Shown: positions 1 through 13,059 of the stretch, one piece after another
How positions within the stretch are numbered: the stretch's first letter is position 1
Layout: each line of letters opens with the position of its first letter
Assembly: GCF_030144855.1 (NCBI RefSeq)
Contig: NW_026778903.1
Span: forward strand, 372,001 to 436,000
Length of the DNA: 64,000 bases
Direction of reading: 5' to 3'
From: Hypanus sabinus
Taxonomy: Eukaryota
Position numbers and translations under genes: made by a program
The notes under the pieces: generated by a model
Database searches by the model: none
The model's input: only the letters and a program-made list of their open reading frames with translations
Told to the model about the DNA's origin: nothing

Positions 1-658
1 GAGAGAGGCTGAACATTGGGGTTTTATTCACAGTAGTGTTGGAGACTGAGAGAGGTGCATAAAATTTGAGGGATGTAAATAAGGTGAATACATTCTTCCT
101 AACCCTGAGTTGTGGAATCAAGGAAACGGGGGTTTAAGATGAGAGGAAACATTTAAAATGGAGCACAGGGTTGAGAAAAATCAGCCGCTGTTCAAATGGC
201 AGCACAGACTCAATGGGCTGAATGGCCTTATGCTGCTCCTCTGCCCTCTGTTGTCAAACTGCCCAGCACGGCAATGGGGAAAAGAGCAGGAGGAGGGGAG
301 AGACCCGCTCACTTCTGGGAGTCATTTAAACCTCACCTCGAATTCCCATCAGCACATTAAAGTCCCACGATTCTGCTCTTTTGGAACTGTCCGTCCTAGT
401 GGACACAATCTCAGAATTCGTCACCGGTGGGGAGGTGGACGTCCCGTCTGCCACTGTCTCCTGTCTGAGACTCTCCGAACCTGTCGAACATGATGGGAAC
501 ACCTCAGTGCTGAGCTGCTCTCCCCAGTTCCCCAAGTCTTTTGGGCCAAAGTGCCTGTTCCAAGTCCAGAGTGTCCCTCGTGGCACGGAGAGAATGTACA
601 TCAGAATGGAGTATCAGACCCTCCCTCTCCCATCAGCACTTACCCGATGTGTTGTAGA
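1..658 (+). repeat. Segmental/tandem duplication, copy 1 (continues off the left edge)
   Basis: Base-by-base comparison with 63331-64000 gives 5 substitutions and one 12-bp indel in ~660 bp; offset 63342 after the indel. Confidence 0.97.
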
Positions 659-1253
659 CCTCACAATAGACAGTGTGAGGGATACCCTGGGTGTAGTTCA
701 GGGTGACACCGCCAGCTACCACCCTGGCCTGGCTGGCGATCCGACAGTGGAGTTCGTTGCCTTTGCCTCTGGTGCAGTTATCCCGGAACTGTCGGAGGTT
801 GTGAAGCCGCAGGATCTGGGACCTGGACATGGTGCAGGGACAGCTGAGGGAGATGGGTTTTTCAATGAACTTACAGGGGCCGTGATCACCTGCCGGGAGA
901 GGAGTGTCAGGGTTAGTGGGTTCAGAGGGAGGTCATCCTCCCCTTCATAGAGTGGTTCCTCATACACTGCCCCATCACAGCCCCAGGGTCAGACAAACAA
1001 TGAATCTCTCCCTCCCCCTACCGTCTCATAATACCATACTGGAACCAGATACAAGGTGAAATTCCCTCTACAATGTCGCATCGCCCACTCCATGGGTCAG
1101 ATGAAATGCAGTTCCCTGCAGACTGTCCCATCACAGGGATCAGACACAGAATGATTCTCACTCAACCGTGGACACAGAATCTCCCTCTATGCTACGTTGT
1201 ACTTACGAGCAGCAGATCCGACCGTGAACAACAACAGACAGATTGCGATGGAC
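337..1253 (-). CDS. Cys-domain membrane receptor gene A, 5'/middle part: leader exon 1207-1253, six-Cys domain exon 644-889, stalk exon 337-480; TM and tail exons lie off the left edge
   Basis: Canonical AG/GT sites (tttctcctcag|G..C|gtaagt; ctcccggcag|GT..G|gtaagt; gttcgacag|GT..G|gtgagg) and compatible phases (2-1, 1-1, 1-1). Translation: xSIAICLLLFTVGSAAR-DHGPCKFIEKPISLSCPCTMSRSQILRLHNLRQFRDNCTRGKGNELHCRIASQARVVAGGVTLNYTQGIPHTVYCEVYNTS-GSESLRQETVADGTSTSPPVTNSEIVSTRTDSSKRAESWDFNVLMGIR. The start-codon exon was not found. Confidence 0.8.
644..889 (-). CDS. 246-nt phase-1/1 exon encoding the six-cysteine ectodomain of gene A
   Basis: Open frame, consensus splice sites, and the same length as the homologous exon at 17069-17314. 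Confidence 0.85.
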
Positions 1254-1479
1254 CTGAGGAGAAAGATAGGTCGAGGTGAGGAGTGAACTCTGCAGAATGT
1301 GATCCCACCTCAGACTAGAATTGTCAACAGCGGTCAGTTTAGTCATGAACAGCTGGAACTGTCCAGCCAGTAGCCTGATTTTAAATGTTCCTTTGGGATT
1401 GGATTTAATGGAAAATCATGGCCAAATCGGGGTCAGTCAGGCTGTTCTTGTGTGGTGTCAGTTGCGTGATTTTGACTCG

Positions 1480-1745
1480 ATTTTGTTTTTTGACAAGGTG
1501 GAGGGTGACTGATGGAGTATGGACAGTAGTTATTATCTACATGGATTTTAGCAAGGCCTTTGACAAAGTCCCTGATGGGAAGCTCATCCAGTTTAAGGGG
1601 CGCGGGATGGAGAGTGAATCGGCTGTTTGGATTTAGAACTGGCTTGCCTACATCAGACAGAAGGTAGTGGTTGAGGGGATGTGTTGTGACTGGACGTATT
1701 TGACCAGTGGTGTTGAGCAGGGATCCATACTGGGACCTCAGCTGA
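1480..1745 (+). mobile_element. CR1-type LINE RT fragment
   Basis: Encodes IYMDFSKAFDKVP and SGVEQGSILGP motifs; degenerate. Confidence 0.8.
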
Positions 1746-1939
1746 ATGAAACTGGATGTATGGGTCAATATCCTTGGGGACGATGGTCGATGGAATCCAG
1801 TCCAGGCAAGTGTGCGTTATTGGGTGTTTGTGAGATCATATTTAAAGGACCAGTGCATGTTAATGGCCAGACCTTGCTGAAATCCGTGTCGGCAGCATCT
1901 GCGCACTCGCCCCCTATCGCGTGCGCTCACAGGCATTTC

Positions 1940-3810
1940 AAACGTGATCTCGCTGTGCAGAAACACCGGCTTTCTGCTTCTAGTCATTCCTTGTCAACGT
2001 TCAATGAAACCATACCTTGATGCTGTTTTATCCCCCACTTGTTCAAACCCTTCAACCTATGTTCGTGACACTTCTCACGCTCTGAATTTTTTCAATGATT
2101 TTAAGTTCCCTGGCTCCCACCGCCTTATTTTCACCATGGACGTCCAGTCCCTATATACCTCCATCCCCCACCAGGAAGGTCTCAAAGCTCTGCACTTCTT
2201 TTTCGATTCCAGACCTAATCAGTTCCCCTCTACCACCACTCTCCTCCGTCTAGCGGAATTAGGCCTCACTCTCAATAATTTCTCCTTTGGCTCCTCTCAC
2301 TTCCTCCAAATCAAGGGTGTAGCCATGGGCACCTGCATGAGTCCCAGCTATGACAGCCTTTTTGTTGGCTTTGTGGAACAGTCCATGTTCCAAGTCTATA
2401 CGGGTATCCGTCCCCCTCTTTTCCTTCGCTACATTGACGACTGCATTGGTGCTGCTTCCTGCACGCATGCTGAGCTCGTTAACTTCATTAACTTTGCCTC
2501 CAACTTTCAAATTTACCTGGTCCATTTCTGACACCTCCCTCCCCTTTCTTGGGCTTTCTGTTTCTGTCTTGGGAGATGGCTTATCTACTGATAAGCCTAT
2601 GGTCTCCCATAGCTACCTAGACTATTCCTCTTCCCACCCTGTCTCTTGCAAAAATGCTATCCCCTTCTCACAATTCCTCCGTCTCCGCCGCATCTGCTCT
2701 CAGGATGAGGCTTTTCATTCCAGGACAAAGGAGATGTCTTCCTTTTTTAAACAAAGGGGCTTCCCTTCGTCCACTATCAACTCTGCTCTCAAATGCATCT
2801 CTCCCATTTCACGCACATCTGCTCTCACTCCATCCTCCCGCCACCCCACTCGGGATAGGGGTCCCCTTGTCCTCACCTACCACCCCACCAGCCTCTGGGT
2901 CCAACATATAGTTCTCCATAACTTCCGCCACCTCTAACAGGATCCCACCACCAAGCACATCTTTCCCTTTCTGCTTTCCACAGGGATCACTCCCTATGCG
3001 ACTCCTTTATCCATTTGTCGCCCCCATCCCTTACCACCGATCTCCCTCCTGGCACTTATCCTTGTAAGTGGAACCTGCCCTTACACTTCCTCCCTCACCA
3101 CCATTCAGAGCCCCACCTGTGAGTTGGCTGGTGTGGTATACTGCGTCCGGTGCTCCCGGTGTGGCCTTCTAAATATTGGTGAGACCCAACGCAGACTGGG
3201 AGACCGTTTCACTGAACACCTGCGCTCTGTCTGCCAGAGAAAGCAGGATCACCCAGTGGCCACACATTTTAATTCTACGTCCCATTCCCACTCTGATATG
3301 TCTGTCCATGGCCTCCTCTACTGTCAAGATGAAGCCACACTCAGGTTGGAGGAACAACACCTTATATACTGGCTGGGTAGCCTCCAACCTGATGGCATGA
3401 ACATTGATTTCTCTAACTTCTGTTAATGCCCCGCCTCCCCTTCTTGCCGCATCCTTGATTTATTTATTATTTCCTTTTTTCCTCTCTCTCTCACGACTTG
3501 CCTACTTTCCATCTTCCTCTGGGCTCCCCTCCCCCTTTCTTGCTCCCTAGGCCTCTGGTCCCATGATCCTCCCAACAGAGATCTTCTCCATCTCTGTATC
3601 CCTTTTGCCAATCAACTTACCAGCTCTTAGCTTCATCCCACTTCCTCCTGTCTTCTATCACTTCGGATCTCCCCCTCCCCATACCAGTTTCAAATCTCTT
3701 ACTATCTCTTCTTTCAATTAATCCTGACAAAGGGTCTCAAACCGAAACGTCAACTGTACTTCTTCCTATAGATGCTGCCTGACCTTCTGCGTTCCCCCAG
3801 CATTTTGTGT
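1940..3810 (+). mobile_element. Penelope-like retroelement (RT + GIY-YIG endonuclease), 5'-truncated and frameshifted
   Basis: ORF 1944-2531 has FTMDVQSLYTSIPH, GVAMG and FLRYIDD. ORF 2350-2937 has the thumb region (YLDYSSSHP..CKNAIPFSQFLRLRRICS). ORF 3124-3426 has VVYCVRCSRCGLLNIGETQRRLGDRFTEH. The typical 3' tail (gatgctgcctg...cagcattttgtgtg) follows. Confidence 0.92.
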
Positions 3811-4134
3811 GTGTTGATTCAATGAAACTTCCTGTGACCCAAACCTGGTTGGGCCTCACGGGGAGTGTCCTCTCCACGCCCACAGTGCACACGGGCTTTT
3901 CAAACACGAGCTTCGTGGCCAGAAACGTCAACAGCGCTTCTCCCTATAGAAGCTGCCTGGCCTGCTGTGTTCCACCAGCACTTTGTGTGTGTTGATTGAA
4001 TTTCCACCATCTGCAGATTTCCTCGTGTTTGCCTTTTCAAACACAATCTCGCTCTGCGGGAACACCGGCATTCTCATTCTGGCCCCCGCCAGCTCCTTGA
4101 TGCAATTCATGTGATCCCACCCCCACCACCGCTT

Positions 4135-4454
4135 TACATTAGAATCAGGTTTCTTTATAAAGGTGATATCTGTTGTTTTGCACAACGGTACAGTGTGATG
4201 GCTTAGAAATCTATAAATGATATGGTGTTGTGATCCAATAACAAACAAGAGAAATTCTGCAGATGTTGGAAATCCAAGCAACACATACAAAATGCTCAGG
4301 GAACTCAGCAGGCCTGGCAGCATCTATAGAAAATATCATAGTCAAAATGTCGGGCCGAAATCCTTCAGTAGGTCCTGTTTACCCAATTTGTGCCTGTGAC
4401 TTTTCATGCCCTAACCAATCAGAGTTTTAAATATCTCAATGACTTGACCTCCAG
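4135..4454 (+). repeat. ~320-bp block essentially identical to 24087-24406
   Basis: Direct comparison; the ORF track gives the same 60-aa ORF at 4217 and 24170. Confidence 0.9.
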
Positions 4455-5058
4455 CCAGCCCAGACAGTCTCTTTCCATCCCCTTCCAGAAGTTAGAGATA
4501 CAGAAATGTGACATCACGTACCACCAGACTCAAAGACAGCTTCTGCCCTTCTCTCTTCAGACTGTTGTGTGGTTCCTCAGTGCAGTAGATTGACTCGGTC
4601 TCATTATGATCGGCACTTTATCGTTTGCCTGCACTGCACTTGCTCTGTTCTGCTCCCTGTCATTATTTTACCCTGTTCTATTGTGTAATGATCTGATCTG
4701 CATGAACAGTGGGCAGGACAAGCTTTTCACTGTCTCGGTACACATGACATAATGAACCAGTGCTGATTTCTAATATGATGAAGGCATTCAGGAACCTCTT
4801 AGAAACTAATGTGATTGGGCAGAGAATGGAGGGATTTGGACCATGTGTAGCCAGGAGGGTCCGTTCAGTTATGGGGTTCATTACTGGTTTAATTGATTTG
4901 ACAAAGTATTTTGGGCCACAGTGCCTGTTTGTGTGCTGAACTGTTCTAAGTCTGGAAACCAGAGTCTCCCTCTAGTGGCACGGAGAGAATGTACATCAGA
5001 ATGGTGGCAGTCTGGAGTATCAGACCCTCACGGTACTTCCTCTCCCCTTGGCACTTAC

Positions 5059-5295
5059 CCGACGTGTTGTAGATCTCACAGTAGATGGTGCCAGGGATAA
5101 CCCGTGGTGTAGTTCAGGGTGAGACCAGCAGCTTCCATCCTGGACTGGCTGGCGATCTGACAGTAGTGCCAGTATCCTGGAACATTTGGAGCTTGTGAAG
5201 CCCCAGGCTCTGCTCAGCAACTGGGAGCCAGGATATTGGGCAGGGACAGGTGAGGGAGCTGGTGTTTGGAATGAAATTACAGGTGCCCTGATGAC
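5059..5295 (-). pseudogene. Pseudo-exon B: disrupted copy of the six-Cys domain exon
   Basis: Splice sites are retained (ctcccgatag|GT..G|gtaagt). Reads GHQGTCNFIPNTSSLTCPC..., then a ~22-nt deletion and a compensating 1-nt insertion enclose a TGA (5114-5116), and the native frame resumes as RVIPGTIYCEIYNTS. The downstream intron (4900-5058) is homologous to 535-643. Confidence 0.85.
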
Positions 5296-5469
5296 CTATC
5301 GGGAGAGGACCATTAAATGCTGCTGATATATTAACGCTGTCATCTCCAGGGTCATTCCTGTGATCCTCATCTGGACTCTGTGACAGATCGCCGTTTATTG
5401 GGTATTCGTAACAAAACAAAATCAGTTTAGTCCACTGTAAGGAAAGGGGAGAATGAAGAACAAATGACG

Positions 5470-6260
5470 GAAAATGAACAAAGATGTATTACGGGAAAGT
5501 TACGAGCGTGGATAGAGCATTGGCTCTTGGGTGGAGGCAAAGAGTGGGAATTAAGGCTGCCGGTCTCCAGTGATCTGCACCAGTCAGTTTTGGGACCACT
5601 TCTCTGTACGTTGTATGTAAATAATCTGGATGACGAAATTGCTGATTTTTGTGCCCTCGCTTGCCAATGTTGGGTGGAGGGGCAGATGGAATTGAGGTAG
5701 CAGGGAGACTGCAGAAGAGCTGCACTGATTCACAGAATGGGCAAAGGAATTACTGTTTTCTAAATGGGGAGAGAATTCAAAAATCGGAGATTTTGCTGAT
5801 ATTGGAGATGGATCATTATAATTATCCCCGTAAGTAAAGGCTTGTCTTAGGAGGAGCGTTTGACGGCTCTGGGCTTGTACTCGCTGGAATTTAGAAGAAT
5901 GAGGAGGATCTCATTGAATTCTATCAAATGTTGAAAGGCCAAGATAGAGTGGATGTGGAGAGGATGGAACCTGCAGTGAGGGAGTCTGGGACCAGAGGAC
6001 ACACCCTGAGATGCTCATGTTTAATGGAGATCTGGAGGAACTTCCTCAGCCATACAGTGATGAATCTGTGGAATTTATTGCCGCAGGTGGCTGTAGAGGC
6101 CAGGGTGTATTTAAGGTGGAGGTTCACAGATTATTGATAAGTCAGGACATGAAAGGTTACGGGAAGAAGGCAAGTTAATGGAGTTGAGAGGGAAACGGAT
6201 CAACCACCATCAAATGGTGGCGCAGACGTGATGGACCGAATGGCCTAATTGGTTCCTCTG
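5470..6260 (+). mobile_element. Degenerate CR1 LINE 3' portion
   Basis: SVLGPLL..LYVNNLDD, YEERLTALGLYSLEFRRMR-like and CR1 3'UTR (tgggccgaatggcct..) remnants. Confidence 0.75.
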
Positions 6261-6659
6261 TCTTATGGTCTAAGTCGCCTTGCTCACCACGCCCTCTCCT
6301 CATTACTGCTGTGAGGGAGGAGGTAGCAGAGCCTGAGGACGGACACTCATCATGGACAGAACAGTAGCATAATGGGTAGCAGGTCACTATTACAGAGCCA
6401 GTGACCCGGGTTCGATTCCCACCACCGTCTGTAAGGAGATGTATGTTCTCCCCGTCTCCGCACGGGATCCGATGGGTGCTCAGGTTTCTGGTCTCCTCCC
6501 AGCTTCCAAAAGGGACAGATTTGTCTGGAGTAATACACAGTGCAGGTTTCTCCAGTTGGAAGGGCCTGTGACTGTGCTTTATATCTAAATAAAAATTTAA
6601 AAAATACCTTTTCAGTACAACTTCCAGTTTACCATCAGATTTCTGAATAGTCTGTGAAG

Positions 6660-7560
6660 CTGTGGTCTACCTCACTATTTTCCTCCTTTCTCCTGGTTAT
6701 ATCCCGCTTTGTTGACTGTCCCTGTCAATCCAAATCCCCAATCAACCAGTCCCGATAATACCTTTTCATAACTTGTCCACCACTGATGTCGACTCACTGG
6801 CCTATAATTTCCTGGATTATTCTCAGAGTCTTCCTTAAACAGCAGAGCAACAGTAGCCATTCTCCAGTCATCTGGTACCTCATCTGCTCTAAATATCTCT
6901 GCCAGGGCCCCTGCAATTTTTGCACTTGCTTTCCAAAGGGACACCTTGTCAGGCCCTGGGGATCTGTCCACCCTGACTTGCCTCAGGACAACAAACCCCT
7001 CCTCCTCTGTAATGAGTACAGATTCCACGGGCTCGATGCTGCTTTGCCTCTCTTCCATCGACTCTGTCCACCTCCTGACTGAATTCATATGCCACACGTC
7101 CATTTAACATCTCCCCTCATTGCTTTTGACTCCACACTGATTACCATTCTGATCTTCCAGAGGGCAAATTTTCTGCCTTGCAATCATTTTGCTCCTTCAC
7201 CTTGTCTGCTGGAGCAAGCTCATGCCTTCTTTTAGCAACCTGATTTCTTCTTTAATGTTCTTCTGCATTTCTCCTACTCAACTACCTATCTGCGATGCAC
7301 CTCCTTTTTTTCCTCAACCAGGACAGCAATATCTCTCAAAGCAAGCTTCCCTAAACCTGTTAACCTTGCCTTTTATTCTGACCAGCAGATACAAGCTTTG
7401 TCCTCTGAAAAGACCTCCCACTTATGAAGTTACCTTTGCCAGAAAACATCATGTCCGAATCCACACTTGCTAGATCCCTTCTGATACATCCAAGTTGCCC
7501 TTTCTCCAATTTAGAATGCCAATCCCAGGACCAGAGTTACCCTTTTCCATAATTACCTTG
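6660..7560 (-). mobile_element. Degenerate CR1 LINE ORF2 fragments
   Basis: RSPGPD, VPDDWRMATVALLFK..NPGNYRPVS and SDHNVISF motifs. Confidence 0.75.
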
Positions 7561-8219
7561 AAACTAATGACATTGTGATCACTGGGTACAAAGTATTCCC
7601 CTGCACAAACACGTGTTTTACTTCTCTGAGTTAAACTCCATCTGTAGTTGCTTGATTCAGTTTCCCAGGTCATCTGGAACTCACTATAATGTGAGATAAC
7701 ACTCTTCACTGCCCACTACCTCACCAATTTTGGTGATATGTGCAAAGTTATTTGAACAGGATGAGGGTGTCTGTAGATTGGGTGTTTGTAAACCTGTGAC
7801 GTATGGTATCATAAGCAAAAATGAGGAAATCTGCAGAAGCTGGAAATTCAAACAACACACACAAAATGCTGGTGGAACACAGCAGGCCAGGCAGCATCTA
7901 TAAGGAGAAGCACTGTCCACGTTTTGGGCCGAGACCCTTCGTCGGGACTAACTGAACTGACTAACTGAAAGGAAACTAAATGGACGTTTTGCATATGAAT
8001 TGAGTCAGGACATGGACAGAGTCAATGCAAGAGAGGCAGTTAGTCCTGACGAAGGGTCTCGGCCTGAAACGTCGACAGCGCTTCTCCCTATAGATGCTGC
8101 CTGGCCTGCTGCGTTCCACCAGCATTTTGCGTGTGTTGCACATATGGTCTCATGTCTCATGTTATTTGAACAGGATGAGGATGTCTGTAGATTGGGTGCT
8201 TGTAAACTTGTGACGTATG

Positions 8220-9130
8220 GTCTCCTGTCTGTTCTCACTCCCTAACTGTTTCCAATCATTCTGTGAGCTTGTCTGCACCTTCTCCCTGTGGTTACCCCAG
8301 TTTTAGCCCATCAGAGACATCCTCCACCCCCACTCCCCCCTGCAGTTCCACAAGCAGAATTTACAATTTACCTGCTTCTCCATTTTGATAATTGCTTTAT
8401 TATTCTCACTTGTACTGAGGAACAGTGAGGAACTTTAATTTGTGTCCTGTCCTGTCCTGAAAGATCAAGCCTACATCAGCACATCAGTGCAGTGCAAATG
8501 GGAAACGGAATGCGCAATACTGTTAGAGTTACAGAGAAAATCGGGTGCAGGTAAACAATCAGGGCCACAATGTTCTCATTGGAAGATCGGGAAGTCACAA
8601 GACTCATACCACAGCTCCCACAGTTGCTGCCTGACCTGCTGAATGTTCCCATTATTTCCGGATTACATTTCCAATCTCCATCCCCCACTCCCTCACTCTG
8701 GGCGGAACACTTTAATATAACCATAATATATTGCCATTAATACAAGTTAACTACAATAAATATTTACAACACTGATCCCTCTCACACAGGGAGGGATAGT
8801 TGGTGTTCACATCCCAGAAAGCAGACTTTGCCATTCCCACATCCAATCCTTTGAGAGATGTGTGGAAAGGTAGGAATTACTCCCATGGGATTGTGGATTG
8901 TGTGAAAAGCCTAGGCTTACTATCTGCAGTTGAATGCCTGGAAGCCAGGTTTTACATAACTGACCCATGGGTGCCCATGCACCTAGGGGTCCAGAGTTTC
9001 CCCCATACATCGGATGCCTGGTAGACAAACAACCATCAATTCCAAACGGGAATTGGTTGGCCTGGAATGTCACAGAACTATACAGGCCCTTCAGATCCTC
9101 CTTGCACAGGAGAATTCAACACCCTCCCAT
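8220..9130 (-). repeat. Copy of a locally repeated ~0.6-0.9-kb module (possible terminal exon/3'UTR); other copies at ~11180-11960, 12540-13060 and 37090-38000
   Basis: Shared blocks (cacaacactgatccctctc, gttcacatcccagaaa, ggaatgtcacagaactata), a conserved ..ttccag| acceptor-like site, and a minus-strand AATAAA at 8396-8401. Confidence 0.7.
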
Positions 9131-10011
9131 GAGTTTTTTTAAGGAGGTGACTATAATGATTGGCAACAACAGTGAGGTAGATGTTATGTGCATACAGTTT
9201 GATCAGATCTTTGACAGGGAGAGCTGGTTCATGGGCTCTTGACGTCTGAGGTAAGCTGGTTAATTGGATCCAACATTAACTGGTGATCAGAAGTTGAAGG
9301 TAGAATTGGGAGGTTGCTTTTCTGATTGATGTCTGTTCCTCTGTGATGTATCAAAGGGTGACTCGTGTGATATGATAACAACTGAGTTGTGAATGGTGAA
9401 GATATAATTGGCAGGTTTGTGGCAAAGACAATGTTGATGGTCCTGTGGATGGGAGGAAAGTTGGCTTGGATACAGATCGGAGGGAAAGTTGTGCAGGGAG
9501 AGGCAGATGGAGTTGAATGCAAAGGAGGGCAAGGTGATGTGTTGTGCCGTGATGGAATGGTAGAGTAGACTCAATGGGCCGAGTGGCCTAATCCTGTCCC
9601 TATGTATGATGGTCCAAGTGTAAAAGTGGACTGGCTCCTAGTCTAATGTATGAGAGATATTGGGGTGCAGATCCAAAGCTCGCTGACTGTGGATATGGTG
9701 GTTAAAAGGCTAAACTGGTAAACTCGTTGATAATTTAGTTTATTATTCACACATTTCCGAGGTACAATGAAAGTTTTTCTTCGGCACGTCCGTATGAATC
9801 ATTTCACTACAGCAAGGCAGAACAGGACAACTTGGCACGTGTGCGTGTGTGACGTCCCCTCTGAGTGTTACTATCTATGTGTGTCTCTGTGTCTGTGCAT
9901 GAAGGGGAAAGGGTGTTTGGGGGCAAAAGGAGTCTGTGTGGGAGGTGGGGTGGTGAGATGGGTTTGGGGTGTCAGTGATGGGAGAGGGAGAGGAGAATGT
10001 CAGGTATGTGG

Positions 10012-10370
10012 GATCCCAGCCTGTAACCTACTCCCAGCAATCTGTTATTCTGTATATAAACCCCCCAATCCCCTGGATTAGACCCCAGCCTGTAACCTAC
10101 TCCCAGCGATCTGTTATTCAGTATATAAACACCCTAAGCCCTTGAATTAGACCCCAGCCTGTAACCCACTCCCAGCGATCTGTTATTCAGTATATAAACA
10201 CCCTAAGCCCTTGAATTAGACCCCAGCCTGTAACCCACTCCCAGCGATCTGTTATTCTGTACATAAACCCCCCAATCCCTGGATTAGACCCCAGCTTGTA
10301 ACCCACTCCCACAATCTGTTATTCTATAAATAAACCCCTGAACCCCTCGATTAGACCCCAGAAGGTAACC
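10012..10370. repeat. Minisatellite, 68-69-bp unit, ~5 copies
   Basis: gaccccagcctgtaacc(t/c)actcccagcgatctgttattc... starts at 10081, 10150, 10219 and 10287. Confidence 0.95.
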
Positions 10371-11189
10371 CATTACTGCTGTGTGTGGGGGCACTCCCAC
10401 ACCAGATTCCACCTATGTTGCAGGTGCATTCTCCTGCTCCATCCCTCTGTGTTACTCCCTCCATATGATACAAACAGCTCCCTCACCACCTTCCAAGAGC
10501 TGATGTGGCCCCTGAGGCTGGGGGTCCCAGTCACTCCATTATGAAGTTGAGGGGTCATTGAGCCCTGGGAGATGACCAACCCCTGGATTAGATGCTGATT
10601 TCTAACCCACACCTGATGATGGGTTATTAAACACACTCCCACAGATCTGTCATTCTTTATCTACAACCCTGAACCACCGGATTATATTTCAGCCTGGAGC
10701 TCACTCCCGGGGGATCTGGGGTGTTCCCCAGCCACCATGCCTCTGCCCTCGTACTTCTGGCCTGAGAGAGACTGGAGCGAGACACTGTGGGAGTAGCCGG
10801 GCGGGTGCCTTCTGTCGGCAGTCTGCACTGCAGCCACTGTGGAGGGAGGGGACGATTAGAATGAGTGCGGGGTGCTGATCGATCGGGCAGCTCTGTCCCA
10901 GACAGTGCTGTGCTTCGAGGATTGTTGGAACTGAAAGTGGACAGTGCTGTGTCACACTCTGATTTATTCTGAACCTGCAGCAGTGCACGAACGGCATTGA
11001 GACAAGATTATTCTGATTTTGAGACTGGAGAGAATTGTCGATGGCAATCTGCCTTTTATACTTTTATTAATAGGAAAATAGTGAATACATGTCAATAATC
11101 AGCAGGACATTCCTCTTCCTTAAAAAGTGCATATTTATTGTTATAAATTAATCAATGATAAACTCTGCTGAAAATTACAATGGCAAACG

Positions 11190-11450
11190 AGAGAGTTCTC
11201 TTTAGAACATTACTCCCCTTTTTGCCCCCCCCCCCCCCCAATACACTGGATGCCTGGGAGAACCGTCATTTCCAACCCGGAATAGATTGGCCTGGAACGT
11301 CCACACAAGAGAATTCTCTTTGGAACATTACTCCCCTTTTTGCCCCCCCCAATACACTGGATGCCTGGGAGAACCGTCATTTCCAACCCGGAATAGATTG
11401 GCCTGGAACGTCCACACAAGAGAATTCTCTTTGGAAAATCACTCCCCTTT
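11190..11450. repeat. 111-bp tandem duplication
   Basis: Acceptor-like sites at 11291 and 11402; a 37-aa repeat is visible in the ORFs on both strands. Confidence 0.92.
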
Positions 11451-13059
11451 TTGGCACAAGTGATCAAAAAGGTTCACCACCCCTCATTTCCACCATTGCC
11501 TGATTCTATTCCCAATCTCTTTGCACAGTAACTAACTCCAGGCTGAACACTTTAATAACGTATTGTCATAAATACAAGAATAATTTATAACCATAAATAC
11601 TGAAATTAATATTTATAACACTGATCTCTCTCACACCAGGGGTAGCTTCTGTTCACATCCCAGAAAACTACATCCGTTATTCCCACAGATTTGGGAAAGA
11701 GGCAGGAATTACTTCCAGGAGATCCCGGACTGTGTGCAAATCCCACACCTGGGCTTGCTGAGCTGAGCCAGAGGTGCATACCCACCCAGGGGTCTGCAGA
11801 TTCCCTTATACATGGCACACCTGGGAGATGTGCAATTTACAAGGGACGATCGTGGATCCGACTGGCCTTTGGCTGGGAAAGTCACAGAAGTTCCCAGATA
11901 CAGGCACTTCAGCTCATCTTTGTAGAGTTAATTCCTGTCCATCTAATTTGCCTGAGCTTTTTAAGGTGGTAAGGTTTTTTAAGGCAGGGGGTTATATGGG
12001 AGGCAGGGTTTGAGGGTTGGCACAACCTTGTGGGCCAATGGGCCTGTAAAGTGCTGTATTATTCTATGTTCTACGTAAATAAAAGGATCAATAAGGGGAG
12101 TGAGGTAGATGTTATCTACGTACACTTTAGTAAAATCTTTGATTATGGAGGACTGGTCTGGAAGGCACGTGGAGTCCAAAGTGAGCCAGATAATTGGATC
12201 CAACATGGCTGCTGATCAGAGTTTGAATGTTGTGGTGGGCGGATTCTTGTCTGATTAATGTCTGACCTGTGGTTTACCACAGGGTACCAAATGTGTGATT
12301 TGTTACCAACTGATTTGTGAAGGTTGCAGGTATGATTGGCAGGTTTGTGCTAAGACTTTGGTGGTGTTGTGGAGGGTTGGGAAGGTTATCAAGAAATCAC
12401 CTTCATTGTCCAACAGAACTACCAGGATGAACGATATCTTTCAGTTTGCTGGCAGCTTCCCTGAGTCAGGGGGATCACAGATGGAGTGTTTTCAAATGGA
12501 AATGTTTACTCCGTGTCTCCCCCCCACAGATGCTGTCTAACCAGCTGAGTGATTCCACCATTTCCTGATTACATTTCCAATCTCCATTCCCCACTCCCTC
12601 ACTCTGGGCCGAACACTTCAATATAAAAATAATATATTGTCATAAATACAAGATAACTACAATAAATATTTACAACACTGATCCCTCTCTCAGCAGGCAG
12701 GGCTAGTTGGTGTTCACATCCCAGAAAACTGACTTCATCCTTCCCACATCTAATTCCTTAAGAGGTGTGGGAAAGGCAGGAATTAGTCGCATGAGATTTT
12801 GAACTGTGTGAAATGCCTGTACTTCGTGTACACAGTCCAATGCCAGGGTTTACATAGGTGACCCAGGGATGCACGTACACCCAGGGGTCTAGTGTCCCCC
12901 CCCACCCCCCATACATTGGGCGCCTGGGAGAACCATCAAATCTAACCCAGAATAGGTTTGGCTGGAATGTCACAGAACTATACAGCACAGATAAAGGTCC
13001 TTCAGCTCATCTTTCCACAGGGGAATTCCTCCCCTCTGCAAGTGTTTTTTTGAGGAGGT

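Noticed and set aside
381-950. 189-aa plus-strand ORF
   Set aside because: Antisense shadow of gene A's exons and introns; the splice signals and domain homology are on the minus strand.
6285-6335. 45-nt segment with good AG/GT sites on the minus strand (SATSSLTAVMRRGR)
   Set aside because: No homology to the family's exons and no partner exons identified; cannot be supported.
11730-11845. Defensin-like reading CAMYKGICRPLGG..CGIC
   Set aside because: Only four Cys, wrong spacing for beta-defensin, no leader exon, and not conserved in the other copies of the module.
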